A stretch of 45,116 bases of DNA, taken from the NCBI GenBank assembly GCA_945889655.1, contig CAMDCH010000001.1, positions 1-45,116 of the forward strand. Direction: 5' to 3'. The first letter of the stretch is position 1, and every line of letters starts with the position of its first letter. A program made the translations under genes and the position numbers. Positions 8,570 through 15,977 of this stretch are shown here, piece by piece. The stretch comes from a bacterium HR33 (lineage in GTDB: Bacteria; Gemmatimonadota; Gemmatimonadetes; Gemmatimonadales; GWC2-71-9). The notes under the pieces are model-generated. The model ran no database searches. It had not been told where the DNA came from and saw nothing but the letters and a program-made list of their open reading frames with translations.

Positions 8570-8713
8570 GCATAACAAGCGCTTGAAGCCGACAAGCGCG
8601 TTACCCGGAACAATTGCATTCGTGCCCGCCGCATTTGATCAGACGGCGCACCAATCCGCCCTCCTTGCGCCGCATGAGCCTGCGCTCGCAGCTTAAGCGC
8701 AACTCCGTTAGGC
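8570..8713 (+). repeat. Integron attC site 4
   Basis: R''-like GCATAAC at 8570-8576 and R' GTTAGGC at 8707-8713. Conserved family sequence. Confidence 0.8.
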
Positions 8714-8803
8714 GGCGCCACGACCGTAACCCACGCAGTCCGTTCATCGACGACGCGCGCGGGGCGCGCATTCTACGCCGCGGCAATCAGCACCGCCCTG
8801 GCT

Positions 8804-9120
8804 GTGGGTGCACTCCAGATGTACCGCGTCCGCGGAGGACTCTTGACCGACTACGGCGCCGACGTGTTCGGAACGGCGTGGCTGTACGCGATGACCCGTC
8901 AGGGCCGAACAATCATCCAGCGCGGTCGAACGACGGGCGCCACGAGCGCAGCGGCGATCGTCTTCGCGCTTTGTGCGCTCTCGAACTAGGTCAGCGGGTG
9001 CACCTCGTACCAGGCCACTTCGATCCGTACGATATAGTGGCGTATGGCGTAACCGTTGTCGCCTGCTGGGGCGTTGACCGACGTTTCCCCTTCGTTGAGT
9101 CGGCTAATTGCGTTGAGTGA
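8804..9120 (+). pseudogene. Cassette 5: possible DUF2809-like membrane protein split by a frameshift (tentative)
   Basis: Frame 2 (8804-8989) gives ..YGADVFGTAWLYAMT..AAAIVFALCAL. Frame 1 continues ..ALCALELGQRVHLVPGHFDPYDIVAYGVTVVACWGVDR to 9120. Joined, the two halves resemble DUF2809 proteins from memory; no alignment could be run. Confidence 0.3.
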
Positions 9121-9132
9121 GGCCAATCAGGA

Positions 9133-9849
9133 ATGATGCAAGCACAATCTGTTTTCCTCTTACTCTGTATCACCATGTATGGCTGCGCTCACGGTGAGCG
9201 GCCTGCCGCTAACTGCAAATGGCCCACAGAAACGCCAGCCACGCTGAATCTCCGAGACCGCACCGATCAGAGACACCTCAGGGATGATGCGCTAAGAGCA
9301 GAGGATCTCGCGATTCGGTACGCCGATTCCGTCAATGCCCCGCATTCCGGACATTTCGAGGGATTCCTGGTCTACAATCAAACAAGAGACAGCTGCATGA
9401 CCGCCCTCTTCGACGCGGTTGCGCGGAACCACGCGGTACCTCCCGACGATGTTCGGACATCTCTTACGCGTCGTCCCGTCAGCGCGGATTTAGCCATAAT
9501 GCTCTCTTTCGCCATCTGCTATGCCTTCCTGGCCTACAGTATGAGTGGGCAATTGGCCCGTAACTTTCCATTCGAGGAAGGGTATGCCGCCCCTGTCGTG
9601 GCAACCATCGTGGCTTCAGTCGTGATCAGCTTGTCCGGGGTGTTGGTCGGTGAGTGGTATTCACTCGCCGCCGAGAACATTCGCGTTGGCAGTGGTCACC
9701 TGAGTTATCGAATCGGGCGCATCCCTTGGAATCAGCACCGGCCGGGGCTTTTCTTGATTGGTGTTGTTCTCTTTTGGCTGGTTGCGGCCATTCGCTATCG
9801 GCAGAGAAGCGAGCACATGGGTCGGCCCTCGCCACTTCGCGGACGTTGA
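9133..9849 (+). CDS. Hypothetical lipoprotein/membrane protein (visibly lower GC than surroundings)
   Basis: 238 aa. Signal with lipobox-like MYGCAHG and about 3 C-terminal TM helices. No family recognised. Confidence 0.5.
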   Translation: MMQAQSVFLLLCITMYGCAHGERPAANCKWPTETPATLNLRDRTDQRHLRDDALRAEDLAIRYADSVNAPHSGHFEGFLVYNQTRDSCMTALFDAVARNHAVPPDDVRTSLTRRPVSADLAIMLSFAICYAFLAYSMSGQLARNFPFEEGYAAPVVATIVASVVISLSGVLVGEWYSLAAENIRVGSGHLSYRIGRIPWNQHRPGLFLIGVVLFWLVAAIRYRQRSEHMGRPSPLRGR

Positions 9850-9857
9850 GGGCTGAG

Positions 9858-10283
9858 CGGTTAGGGATATAGCTGACAGATCACTCGTGGGACATCGCTA
9901 ACACCTGGTGTGACGGTGCTGACGGCCTTGGTGGTCCACGATCTTCCCTGGCGTTCGTCGAACCAGCCGAGCGTAACCATCCCGAAGGACACCGTCCAGA
10001 TCCCGTCGTCGATCTCTTCGAAGCCGATGTATTCCTCCGCCAGCAAGTGACTGACCGGGACGCGATGGGCGTGCCAGCGAATCCCGCCGTTGCGACTGAC
10101 GCGCCGGACTTCGAAGTGCGGCGGATACTCGAGGAGCGGCAGCCGGCGCGGATAGAGCCGCGGGGACGGGGAATAGAGGCGAATCGGCGGCCGCTGGCCG
10201 AGCGCTTCATGCGGTCGCTCGTAGTTGTAGTCAAACCGAAAGGCATCGAAGCGGCGCTGTTGGGCGCGGAGCGTCGCCTCGGC
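9858..10283 (-). mobile_element. IS481-family (rve/DDE) transposase, C-terminal fragment only
   Basis: The minus-strand translation reads DSAEATLRAQQRRFDAFRFDYNYERPHEALGQRPPIRLYSPSPRLYPRRLPLLEYPPHFEVRRVSRNGGIRWHAHRVPVSHLLAEEYIGFEEIDDGIWTVSFGMVTLGWFDER.. This is the typical C-terminal third of IS481-type transposases. The frame is closed by a TAG exactly at the junction with the partial attC (10284-10286), and no N-terminal part is present. Confidence 0.75.
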
Positions 10284-10285
10284 CG

Positions 10286-10395
10286 AGTCGCGCTACCTGG
10301 AACAACTACATTCGTGCCCGCCGCACCTGATTGGACGGAGTACCAATTGCGCCGCACCAGCCTGCGCTCGCAGTTTAAGCGCAGCTCCGTTAGGC
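10286..10395 (+). repeat. Integron attC site 5, partial (R''/L'' left arm missing)
   Basis: Homology to the attC family starts at ..cctggaacaactacattcgtgcccgccgca.. and runs to R' GTTAGGC at 10389-10395. The left ~35 bp are replaced by the IS fragment. Confidence 0.7.
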
Positions 10396-10482
10396 GGCTG
10401 ATACGCGCTTTCCGCTACAACGATTTCCGCACGCATGGTGGCGGGCGGATAACGTGAAAGCAAAACAGAAGGAAATAGAATC

Positions 10483-11001
10483 ATGAAAATACAAATTTCA
10501 GTCGTTAAGTCGCTCGCTGTAGCAGTGACTCTAACAGCCCTTCTCGCCGCGACTTCCGTGCAAGCTGCTGCGCAGGTCGAGAAGAGTCTGTACGAACGGC
10601 TTGGCGGCGTCTTCGCGATCGCCGCGGTAGTTGACCACTTTAGCGACGCGGTGGTGAAAAACCCGATCGTCGGAAAGAATTCGACGAACCCAGCCCTCAG
10701 GAAATGGCACAGGGAGAACTTGAGCAGGCTGCCGGGCCTCAAGTTCATGCGAACCCTGTGGGTCTGTCAGGTCACGGGCGGGCCATTGAAATTCTCGCCA
10801 ACAAAACCGGGAAGGACTGAATTGGGTCTTGAGGAGGCGCATCGCGATCTCAAAATCTCGCCAGCAGAATTTGACGAGGTCGCGGCCGAGCTAAGTCGCT
10901 CGCTTGACTTCGCCAAAGTGCCTGCGCGTGAGAAGGGAGAAGTCCTCTCCGCTTTCGCAGCGCATAAGGACGAGGTAACGGCTGGCTACAAGGCGAAGTG
11001 A
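10483..11001 (+). CDS. Cassette 6: group-1 truncated hemoglobin (Bac_globin) with an N-terminal signal peptide
   Basis: 172 aa. Signal MKIQISVVKSLAVAVTLTALLAATSVQAAAQ, then SLYERLGGVFAIAAVVDHFSDAVVKNP.. and ..LEEAHRDLKISPAEFDEVAAEL, which give the trHb start motif and proximal-His region. Confidence 0.8.
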   Translation: MKIQISVVKSLAVAVTLTALLAATSVQAAAQVEKSLYERLGGVFAIAAVVDHFSDAVVKNPIVGKNSTNPALRKWHRENLSRLPGLKFMRTLWVCQVTGGPLKFSPTKPGRTELGLEEAHRDLKISPAEFDEVAAELSRSLDFAKVPAREKGEVLSAFAAHKDEVTAGYKAK

Positions 11002-11085
11002 TTACCGGGCACGCGCGTTTCAAGTCGCTGATTCGTGCCACTGGGGTCAGCGAGCGCTCGGATCCAACCCGGGCAGGAAGACCAG

Positions 11086-11343
11086 ATGCCAAAAACGCGA
11101 GCCGAGCGAACAAAAGGGCGTGGTATGCCGCCGACTAAGCGGGCGTTGAAGGGGGCGCAGAAGCTCGGCCGCCAGGATCCCGAGCGCGGCGTTACGAGCC
11201 GCGCTCGCAAGCGAAAACAGGGCGCGGAGGCGGTCCCCGACCCTCGGTACGGCGGCCGTCCGGGGCGAAAGCATTCGAAATGGGGTCCACCGAAAGAAAA
11301 GCTGAGTCCCAGGCAGAAGAAGGCCGCGCGCGCGAAGAACTAG
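11086..11343 (+). CDS. Cassette 6: small highly basic protein, unknown function
   Basis: ATG at 11086 preceded by aggaag. 85 aa rich in K/R (MPKTRAERTKGRG..RQKKAARAKN). It ends 12 nt before attC6. No family recognised, and it could be non-coding. Confidence 0.35.
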   Translation: MPKTRAERTKGRGMPPTKRALKGAQKLGRQDPERGVTSRARKRKQGAEAVPDPRYGGRPGRKHSKWGPPKEKLSPRQKKAARAKN

Positions 11344-11355
11344 CGGCACCGCGCG

Positions 11356-11505
11356 GCCTAACATGCGCTTGAAGCTGGCGAGCGCTCCCAAGTAAGGAAC
11401 TATTGCGTATGAGCCCGCCGCATTTGATCAGACGGCGCGGCACTCAACCCTCCTTGCGCCGCAACAGCCTGCGCTCGCAGCTTAGAGCGCAAATCCGGTA
11501 TGCCG
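11356..11505 (+). repeat. Integron attC site 6 with a degenerate R' box
   Basis: R'' GCCTAAC at 11356-11362 and conserved arms (gcgcttgaagctggcgagcgc / gcgctcgcagcttagagcgc). The R' position reads GGTATGC instead of GTTRRRY. Confidence 0.65.
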
Positions 11506-11587
11506 ACGGAGGAGGACCGCGGCGAGCATCGTGCCGCGTCGCGCGACTTAGACAACGCCTGACCCGTCCGCCGCGAGTCGCCCAGAA

Positions 11588-12076
11588 CTACTTCATCGCG
11601 ACCACGTGCTCCACGAACTGATCGACGGCGATCTCGGTGCCCTGGTAAAAGCCCGACGTCTTGTTTGTCTCGAGATCCGCTTCATTCCGGTGCAGCGCCG
11701 TGAAGACGTAGCGGGTGCCGGTTCCCACGGTTTCCATCGTAACGATGGCCGTGATCGGAATGTCGTCAAAGACAGCCGGGCGGTAGCCGGGGAACAACAT
11801 GGAGGTCCAGACAAGTCGCTCCATCGGAATAACTTCCAGGAAACAGCCGAGGTTGGGAACCTCCTGACCGCCTGCCACCGCGATGTTGATGCTGAAGATG
11901 CCGCCCGGTCGCAAATCCATTTCGGTTCGGGCCACACGCCCCCAGGACCTGGGCATGTACCACTCTTTCAGATGCTCCGGTTTCGTCAACGCTTCCCAGA
12001 CAAGCCTCGTGGGAGCGTCGATGAACCGTTCGATACCGAAATCCAGCTTCGGATTGATCGTGAATTGCTTGCTCAT
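11588..12076 (-). CDS. SRPBCC/AHSA1-family protein (reverse-oriented cassette cargo)
   Basis: Start MSKQFTI at 12076 (ATGA overlap with arsR). ..FIDAPTRLVWEALTKPEHLKEWYMP..W.....EMDLRPGGIF... is the AHSA1/SRPBCC pattern. Confidence 0.8.
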   Translation of the reverse strand: MSKQFTINPKLDFGIERFIDAPTRLVWEALTKPEHLKEWYMPRSWGRVARTEMDLRPGGIFSINIAVAGGQEVPNLGCFLEVIPMERLVWTSMLFPGYRPAVFDDIPITAIVTMETVGTGTRYVFTALHRNEADLETNKTSGFYQGTEIAVDQFVEHVVAMK

Positions 12077-12414
12077 GACCCTGATTCCTTCTCCTTGAGC
12101 TGTTTGACGTATTGGTCGAACCGGTCCAGTCGAGCTTCCCACAACTGACGACGCGCGGTCAGCCAGTCTTCAACGACCTTGAACCGTTCGGGCACGATCT
12201 CATACGTCCGCACACGCCCGTGCTTTTTCGACCTCACCAGTCGGCTCTGTTCGAGCACCGCCAGGTGCTGCACAAACGAGGGGAGTTGCATGTCGAATGG
12301 TGCCGCCAGCTCGCTGACTGTGGCTGGTCCGACAGACAGTTGCTCCAGGACCTTCCGCCGAGTCGGGTTGGACAAGGCATAGAAAACACCGTCAGCGACT
12401 GCGGATTGAACCAT
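12073..12414 (-). CDS. ArsR/SmtB-family transcriptional regulator
   Basis: 113 aa. VFYALSNPTRRKVLEQLSVGPATVSELAAPFDMQLPSFVQHLAVLEQSRLVRSKKHGRVRTYEI is a winged-HTH ArsR signature. This is the common arsR-SRPBCC gene pair. Confidence 0.85.
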   Translation of the reverse strand: MVQSAVADGVFYALSNPTRRKVLEQLSVGPATVSELAAPFDMQLPSFVQHLAVLEQSRLVRSKKHGRVRTYEIVPERFKVVEDWLTARRQLWEARLDRFDQYVKQLKEKESGS

Positions 12415-12505
12415 TTCAACACCAGTCGATTGGTTGGGGTGCCCGATCTGACGGAGAGACTATATCGCCGGTCAATACTAAGGTCAAGACATAAGTATTG
12501 TCGCT

Positions 12506-12557
12506 TCCTTGCGCTGGCGCAGCCTGCGCTCGCAGCTTAAGCGCAACTCCGTCAGGC
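12506..12557 (+). repeat. attC right-half relic (site 7)
   Basis: ccttgcgctggcgcagcctgcgctcgcagcttaagcgcaactccGTCAGGC matches the right arm of the family. The R' is degenerate (GTCAGGC) and no left arm is found upstream. Confidence 0.55.
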
Positions 12558-12566
12558 CGCAGGTCA

Positions 12567-12851
12567 ATGCTATTCGTCAAAGCGTTGCGAGAGCGGGTCC
12601 GCAGTGGAGAGATCACCTGTAGCGTTCGGCTTTGGCAGCGGCCGCACGTCAGGGTCGGTGGCCGATACTCCCTGGCACCAGGAGAGATTGTAGTGACGTC
12701 TCTTCTTGAAATGTCCCTGGACGACGTCACCCCTGCACTCGCCCGCCGTTCGGGTTTCTCGGGAGTCGTGGAACTCCTCAAGATCGCCAGGCATGGACGC
12801 GGGCGGCGCGTGTTTCTTGTCGAATTCCGCTACGTGCGAAGAAAACGCTGA
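12567..12851 (+). CDS. Small ASCH/PUA-like protein (tentative)
   Basis: ATG at 12567, 10 nt after the attC relic. 94 aa, MLFVKALRERVRSGEITCSVRLWQRPHVRVGGRY.. loosely resembles ASCH-domain proteins. Confidence 0.4.
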   Translation: MLFVKALRERVRSGEITCSVRLWQRPHVRVGGRYSLAPGEIVVTSLLEMSLDDVTPALARRSGFSGVVELLKIARHGRGRRVFLVEFRYVRRKR

Positions 12852-12884
12852 TGGCTGCGTTGCTCGGCAGCCATCAGTGTTTGT
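12848..12884. terminator. Hairpin between convergent genes (bidirectional terminator-like)
   Basis: Perfect 11-bp stem ctgatggctgc / gcagccatcag with an 8-nt loop, followed by tgtttgt. Confidence 0.5.
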
Positions 12885-12890
12885 CCGCGG

Positions 12891-14171
12891 CTATGGTGCC
12901 ACGTGAGCGAACACGGCGATACAACCCTTGCCCTTCACGTTGAATTGCGCGCACGCCGTGTTATCGGTCGTGGGGTCGGCGATCTGCGCGGCGTTGACCT
13001 GCACGACGGCGAATATGTGATTGTTCTTTTCAAACGCCGTGGGGTTCGTGGCCCCTGGAGCGGGCACATTCTGCAGCCACGTGTTGGTCACCGCATCGAT
13101 AACGCCGAGTGACGTGACGCCAGTGACGGCGTCCGCTCCCGTCACGTAGAAGCGCTTGTCGCCGGGATTGTACCAGGTCTCATTGCCTCCCCCGACCTGG
13201 GTAATGACGGTCAGGACCTTGCCGGTTCTCGCATCCATGATGACCGGCCTGCCGCATCCCGGTATGATCATGTGCCCGTCGGGTCCCAGCGCCGGATCGT
13301 TGATGCCCAGCTGGACGGTGCCGGTGAGCACCCCGCAATCGATCACCCACTTGTCTTCGATGGCCCGCGTCACCGGGTTGATGACCGCGACGTACTGCGG
13401 GCTGACGACGACGCCCCCGACAATCCTTCCGGTCACCGCGGAAAGCAGGCGGCGCGACTCGGGGTTCCACAGCGGCGCTTCCTGGTTGCCGGCACCCTCA
13501 AACGTGACCGTGCCCTGGATCGTATAGGGAGGCACGGCGGAAATGAACGTCGCATAGGGATCGAGGGCCGCATGGGTGCCGCCGACCGCGAGGGGCGCAG
13601 GCGACTGGACGAAGACGAGCTTGTGCTCGGGATCGTAGGTCATTTCGTTGGTGCGTCCACAGTAGCGAGTGGTGGCCGTTCCGCCGTCACACGCCGGGAT
13701 GCTGACGTCGATGGATGCGAGAATCTGCATGGTGTTGTTGTCCACCACGCGCACCATGCTATTGCCGTCCGAGACGAACGACGTGTTGTTCGGGGTGAAC
13801 GTGATGCTGCTGGGTCCGTTGCCGTTGGTGGTGGGGGTGCCGCCCCCGGCCGTCGCGTTCCCCGCGAAGCCGGTCACCCGGCCCAGGTAGGTGTTGTTCT
13901 CGGCATCGATGATGTCCACCCCGGCGTTCGATACGTCCGTCAGATAGTATCGCATGCTGCCGAGGTAGGTGCCGTGCGAGACCTGCGTGGCGTCGACCCA
14001 GGACTTGGTACCGCTGCCGATAGGGTTGCCCGGAACCGTGATCACGGCGATGAGGGCGACCGGGTCGGTCACCTTGGCTGGTGCGTCCCCGTTCTCGAAG
14101 ACCATGCAACCCGGAGAGAGCGCCGTGATGAAGATGAACAGGAAGGCGAGAAATCGCTGAGTAGGCTTCAT
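12891..14171 (-). CDS. Beta-propeller-repeat lipoprotein (YncE-like), unknown function
   Basis: 426 aa. Signal plus lipobox ITALSPGC. Repetitive beta-strand-rich sequence with recurring ..Y.TD....V.VID.. segments. Confidence 0.55.
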   Translation of the reverse strand: MKPTQRFLAFLFIFITALSPGCMVFENGDAPAKVTDPVALIAVITVPGNPIGSGTKSWVDATQVSHGTYLGSMRYYLTDVSNAGVDIIDAENNTYLGRVTGFAGNATAGGGTPTTNGNGPSSITFTPNNTSFVSDGNSMVRVVDNNTMQILASIDVSIPACDGGTATTRYCGRTNEMTYDPEHKLVFVQSPAPLAVGGTHAALDPYATFISAVPPYTIQGTVTFEGAGNQEAPLWNPESRRLLSAVTGRIVGGVVVSPQYVAVINPVTRAIEDKWVIDCGVLTGTVQLGINDPALGPDGHMIIPGCGRPVIMDARTGKVLTVITQVGGGNETWYNPGDKRFYVTGADAVTGVTSLGVIDAVTNTWLQNVPAPGATNPTAFEKNNHIFAVVQVNAAQIADPTTDNTACAQFNVKGKGCIAVFAHVAP

Positions 14172-14230
14172 GACGAACCTCCTGCGAAGGCCGATACCGC
14201 TGTGCCAACGAATCTCATACCAGGCTCAAC

Positions 14231-14974
14231 TCAGATCCCGGGGACGATGGGCACCCCGAGTCCGGGAATCTTGAAGGTGTAGTGGAGGCCGAGGCCCACC
14301 ACGAGCGTCTCACGCTTCTGAAGGGTGACGATCCCCGACGTCTTCCTGCTGAACATTGACCAATCCAGGGCGGCGTGCAGGCCGAACCCCAGGGGGAGGC
14401 CCAGGTTCACCCCGCCGGAGAGTCCGTACCCCGTCTGCGTAGCCGAATTGTCGCCGGAGGAAACCGCGTTGAGCTGTACCCGGGCTGCCGCCCAGGGCGA
14501 CAACGACACTCCCGGGGTCGGCACGTTTACCGCCGCGCCAACGCCCAGCGGCACGCTGATCGTCGTGGTCGAAAACGGCCCGCTGACCTGCTTCAGGTAA
14601 CCCACGCCGGCCTGAACGCTCACCGAGACTGGAACGAGGGGGCCCCCGAAGACCTTGAGCGCGGCATTGCCCATGAACTGTTTTTCCTTGTTCAGCGTGA
14701 TGTACTTGGGATCGTAGGTTGCGGCGCCCACACCGACGGTCAACATCGGCAGGCCGAGGGATACTCGCCCGCCAAACGCCGTGGGTTTGGTGGTGGTGTT
14801 GATGCCGTCGAGCCTGGTGCGGGCCGCCTGTCCGAAGTCACCCGCGATGGTGAGTCCGATGCCCCCCTTCGGGGAGAAATACACCGGAAGATTCTGCAGC
14901 TGCGCCGCTGCCGGGTGGGCAGCGAAGATCACTCCCAGCCCCGCCAGAAGGACACGGGCTGCAAGGTGCTTCAT
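14231..14974 (-). CDS. Outer-membrane beta-barrel protein (porin-like)
   Basis: Start MKHLAARVLLAGLGVIFAAHPAAAQ at 14974. The rest has an alternating amphipathic beta-strand pattern rich in G/A/S/T/Y. Confidence 0.55.
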   Translation of the reverse strand: MKHLAARVLLAGLGVIFAAHPAAAQLQNLPVYFSPKGGIGLTIAGDFGQAARTRLDGINTTTKPTAFGGRVSLGLPMLTVGVGAATYDPKYITLNKEKQFMGNAALKVFGGPLVPVSVSVQAGVGYLKQVSGPFSTTTISVPLGVGAAVNVPTPGVSLSPWAAARVQLNAVSSGDNSATQTGYGLSGGVNLGLPLGFGLHAALDWSMFSRKTSGIVTLQKRETLVVGLGLHYTFKIPGLGVPIVPGI

Positions 14975-15104
14975 GTTGACCCTCCTTTCACGTGAGATTC
15001 GCGAAACCAGGGCGCGCATTCAACATGCGACTCGAGGCGATGCCGCGCCAGTCCTTGGGCCACAGATATGACCGATGGCCCTTTGCTGCTATTATCGGCG
15101 TCGA

Positions 15105-15617
15105 ATGAGAATCATCGGCGGGACGTTCGCGGGACGGGACCTCGTGTCTCCGAATGACTTCCGCGTTCGGCCGACCGCGGAGCTGGTACGCGCCGCCATG
15201 CTGGAGGGTCTCGCGCCGCTCGTGAAGGGTGCCCGTATCCTCGACCTCTTTGCGGGCACCGGCGCGCTCGGACTCGAGGCGCTGTCACGCGGCGCTGCGA
15301 CCGCGGATTTTGTCGAGACGAGAGGTTCGAGTCTTCACGCGCTCAAGGCGAATATCGCGCTGCTGCGCATGCGGAAACGGACACGCGTGTTCAAGAAGGA
15401 CGCCCTCCCCTTCGCCGCCGCGCTCGAGGCAAACAGCTACGACATCGCCTTCGTCGATCCGCCCTACGAGTCCCGGATGCTGGACCGGGTGATCGAGGAG
15501 TGGCTCGTGACCCGATTCGCGCCTGTCCTGGTCGCTGAGCATGCGAGGACGCACGCGTTGCCACCTGGAGCGAGGCGACGGCACTTCGGCGATACGACGG
15601 TGAGTGTCTACAAGTGA
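15105..15617 (+). CDS. rsmD: 16S rRNA (guanine966-N2)-methyltransferase RsmD
   Basis: MRIIGGTFAGRDL..RPT...R.A....L....GARILDLFAGTGALGLEALSRGA..ADFVE ... FVDPPY are the RsmD family motifs. Confidence 0.85.
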   Translation: MRIIGGTFAGRDLVSPNDFRVRPTAELVRAAMLEGLAPLVKGARILDLFAGTGALGLEALSRGAATADFVETRGSSLHALKANIALLRMRKRTRVFKKDALPFAAALEANSYDIAFVDPPYESRMLDRVIEEWLVTRFAPVLVAEHARTHALPPGARRRHFGDTTVSVYK

Positions 15618-15620
15618 TCA

Positions 15621-15650
15621 TTCGTCGAACCAGCCGAGCGTAACCATCCC
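15621..15650 (+). repeat. Exact 30-bp copy of an internal piece of the IS481-like transposase fragment
   Basis: ttcgtcgaaccagccgagcgtaaccatccc is identical to 9954-9983 (minus-strand coding GMVTLGWFDE). It lies immediately after the rsmD stop. Confidence 0.85.
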
Positions 15651-15651
15651 T

Positions 15652-15969
15652 ATGCTCCAGGCTCTTCTCCCCCTCCCATTGCTTTTCGCTGCGTTGATCG
15701 TCGGCACTGATCGACGCATCATCCGAGAGCTACGACGCGCGGGTGCTACCGCGAAGCACGCCTCCATCGCGCTTCGTTCGTCTTTCATTCGCCAATATCG
15801 CCTTCGCCGCCTCTCCGCAGTCGGCGCCCTTGGGGTCGTGGAGGGGAATCGCTATTACCTGGACGAAGCTGGGTGGGCCCACTATCGGCGGGTGCGCCGG
15901 ATCCGGGTGCTGGCAGTTGCTGTTGTGTTGACACTTGGCGGTGCAGCGTGGTGGCTCCGCTTCCCGTAA
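15652..15969 (+). CDS. Hypothetical membrane protein
   Basis: ATG at 15652. TM helices at the N- and C-termini (LLPLPLLFAALIVG; VLAVAVVLTLGGAAWW). No family recognised. Confidence 0.35.
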   Translation: MLQALLPLPLLFAALIVGTDRRIIRELRRAGATAKHASIALRSSFIRQYRLRRLSAVGALGVVEGNRYYLDEAGWAHYRRVRRIRVLAVAVVLTLGGAAWWLRFP

Positions 15970-15977
15970 AAAAGCGT

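Noticed and set aside
6728-12557. Regularly spaced conserved repeats could be mistaken for a CRISPR array.
   Set aside because: The repeats are about 145 bp and internally palindromic with RYYYAAC/GTTRRRY ends. The 'spacers' are 0.4-1.7 kb and contain ORFs. This is attC/cassette organisation, not CRISPR.
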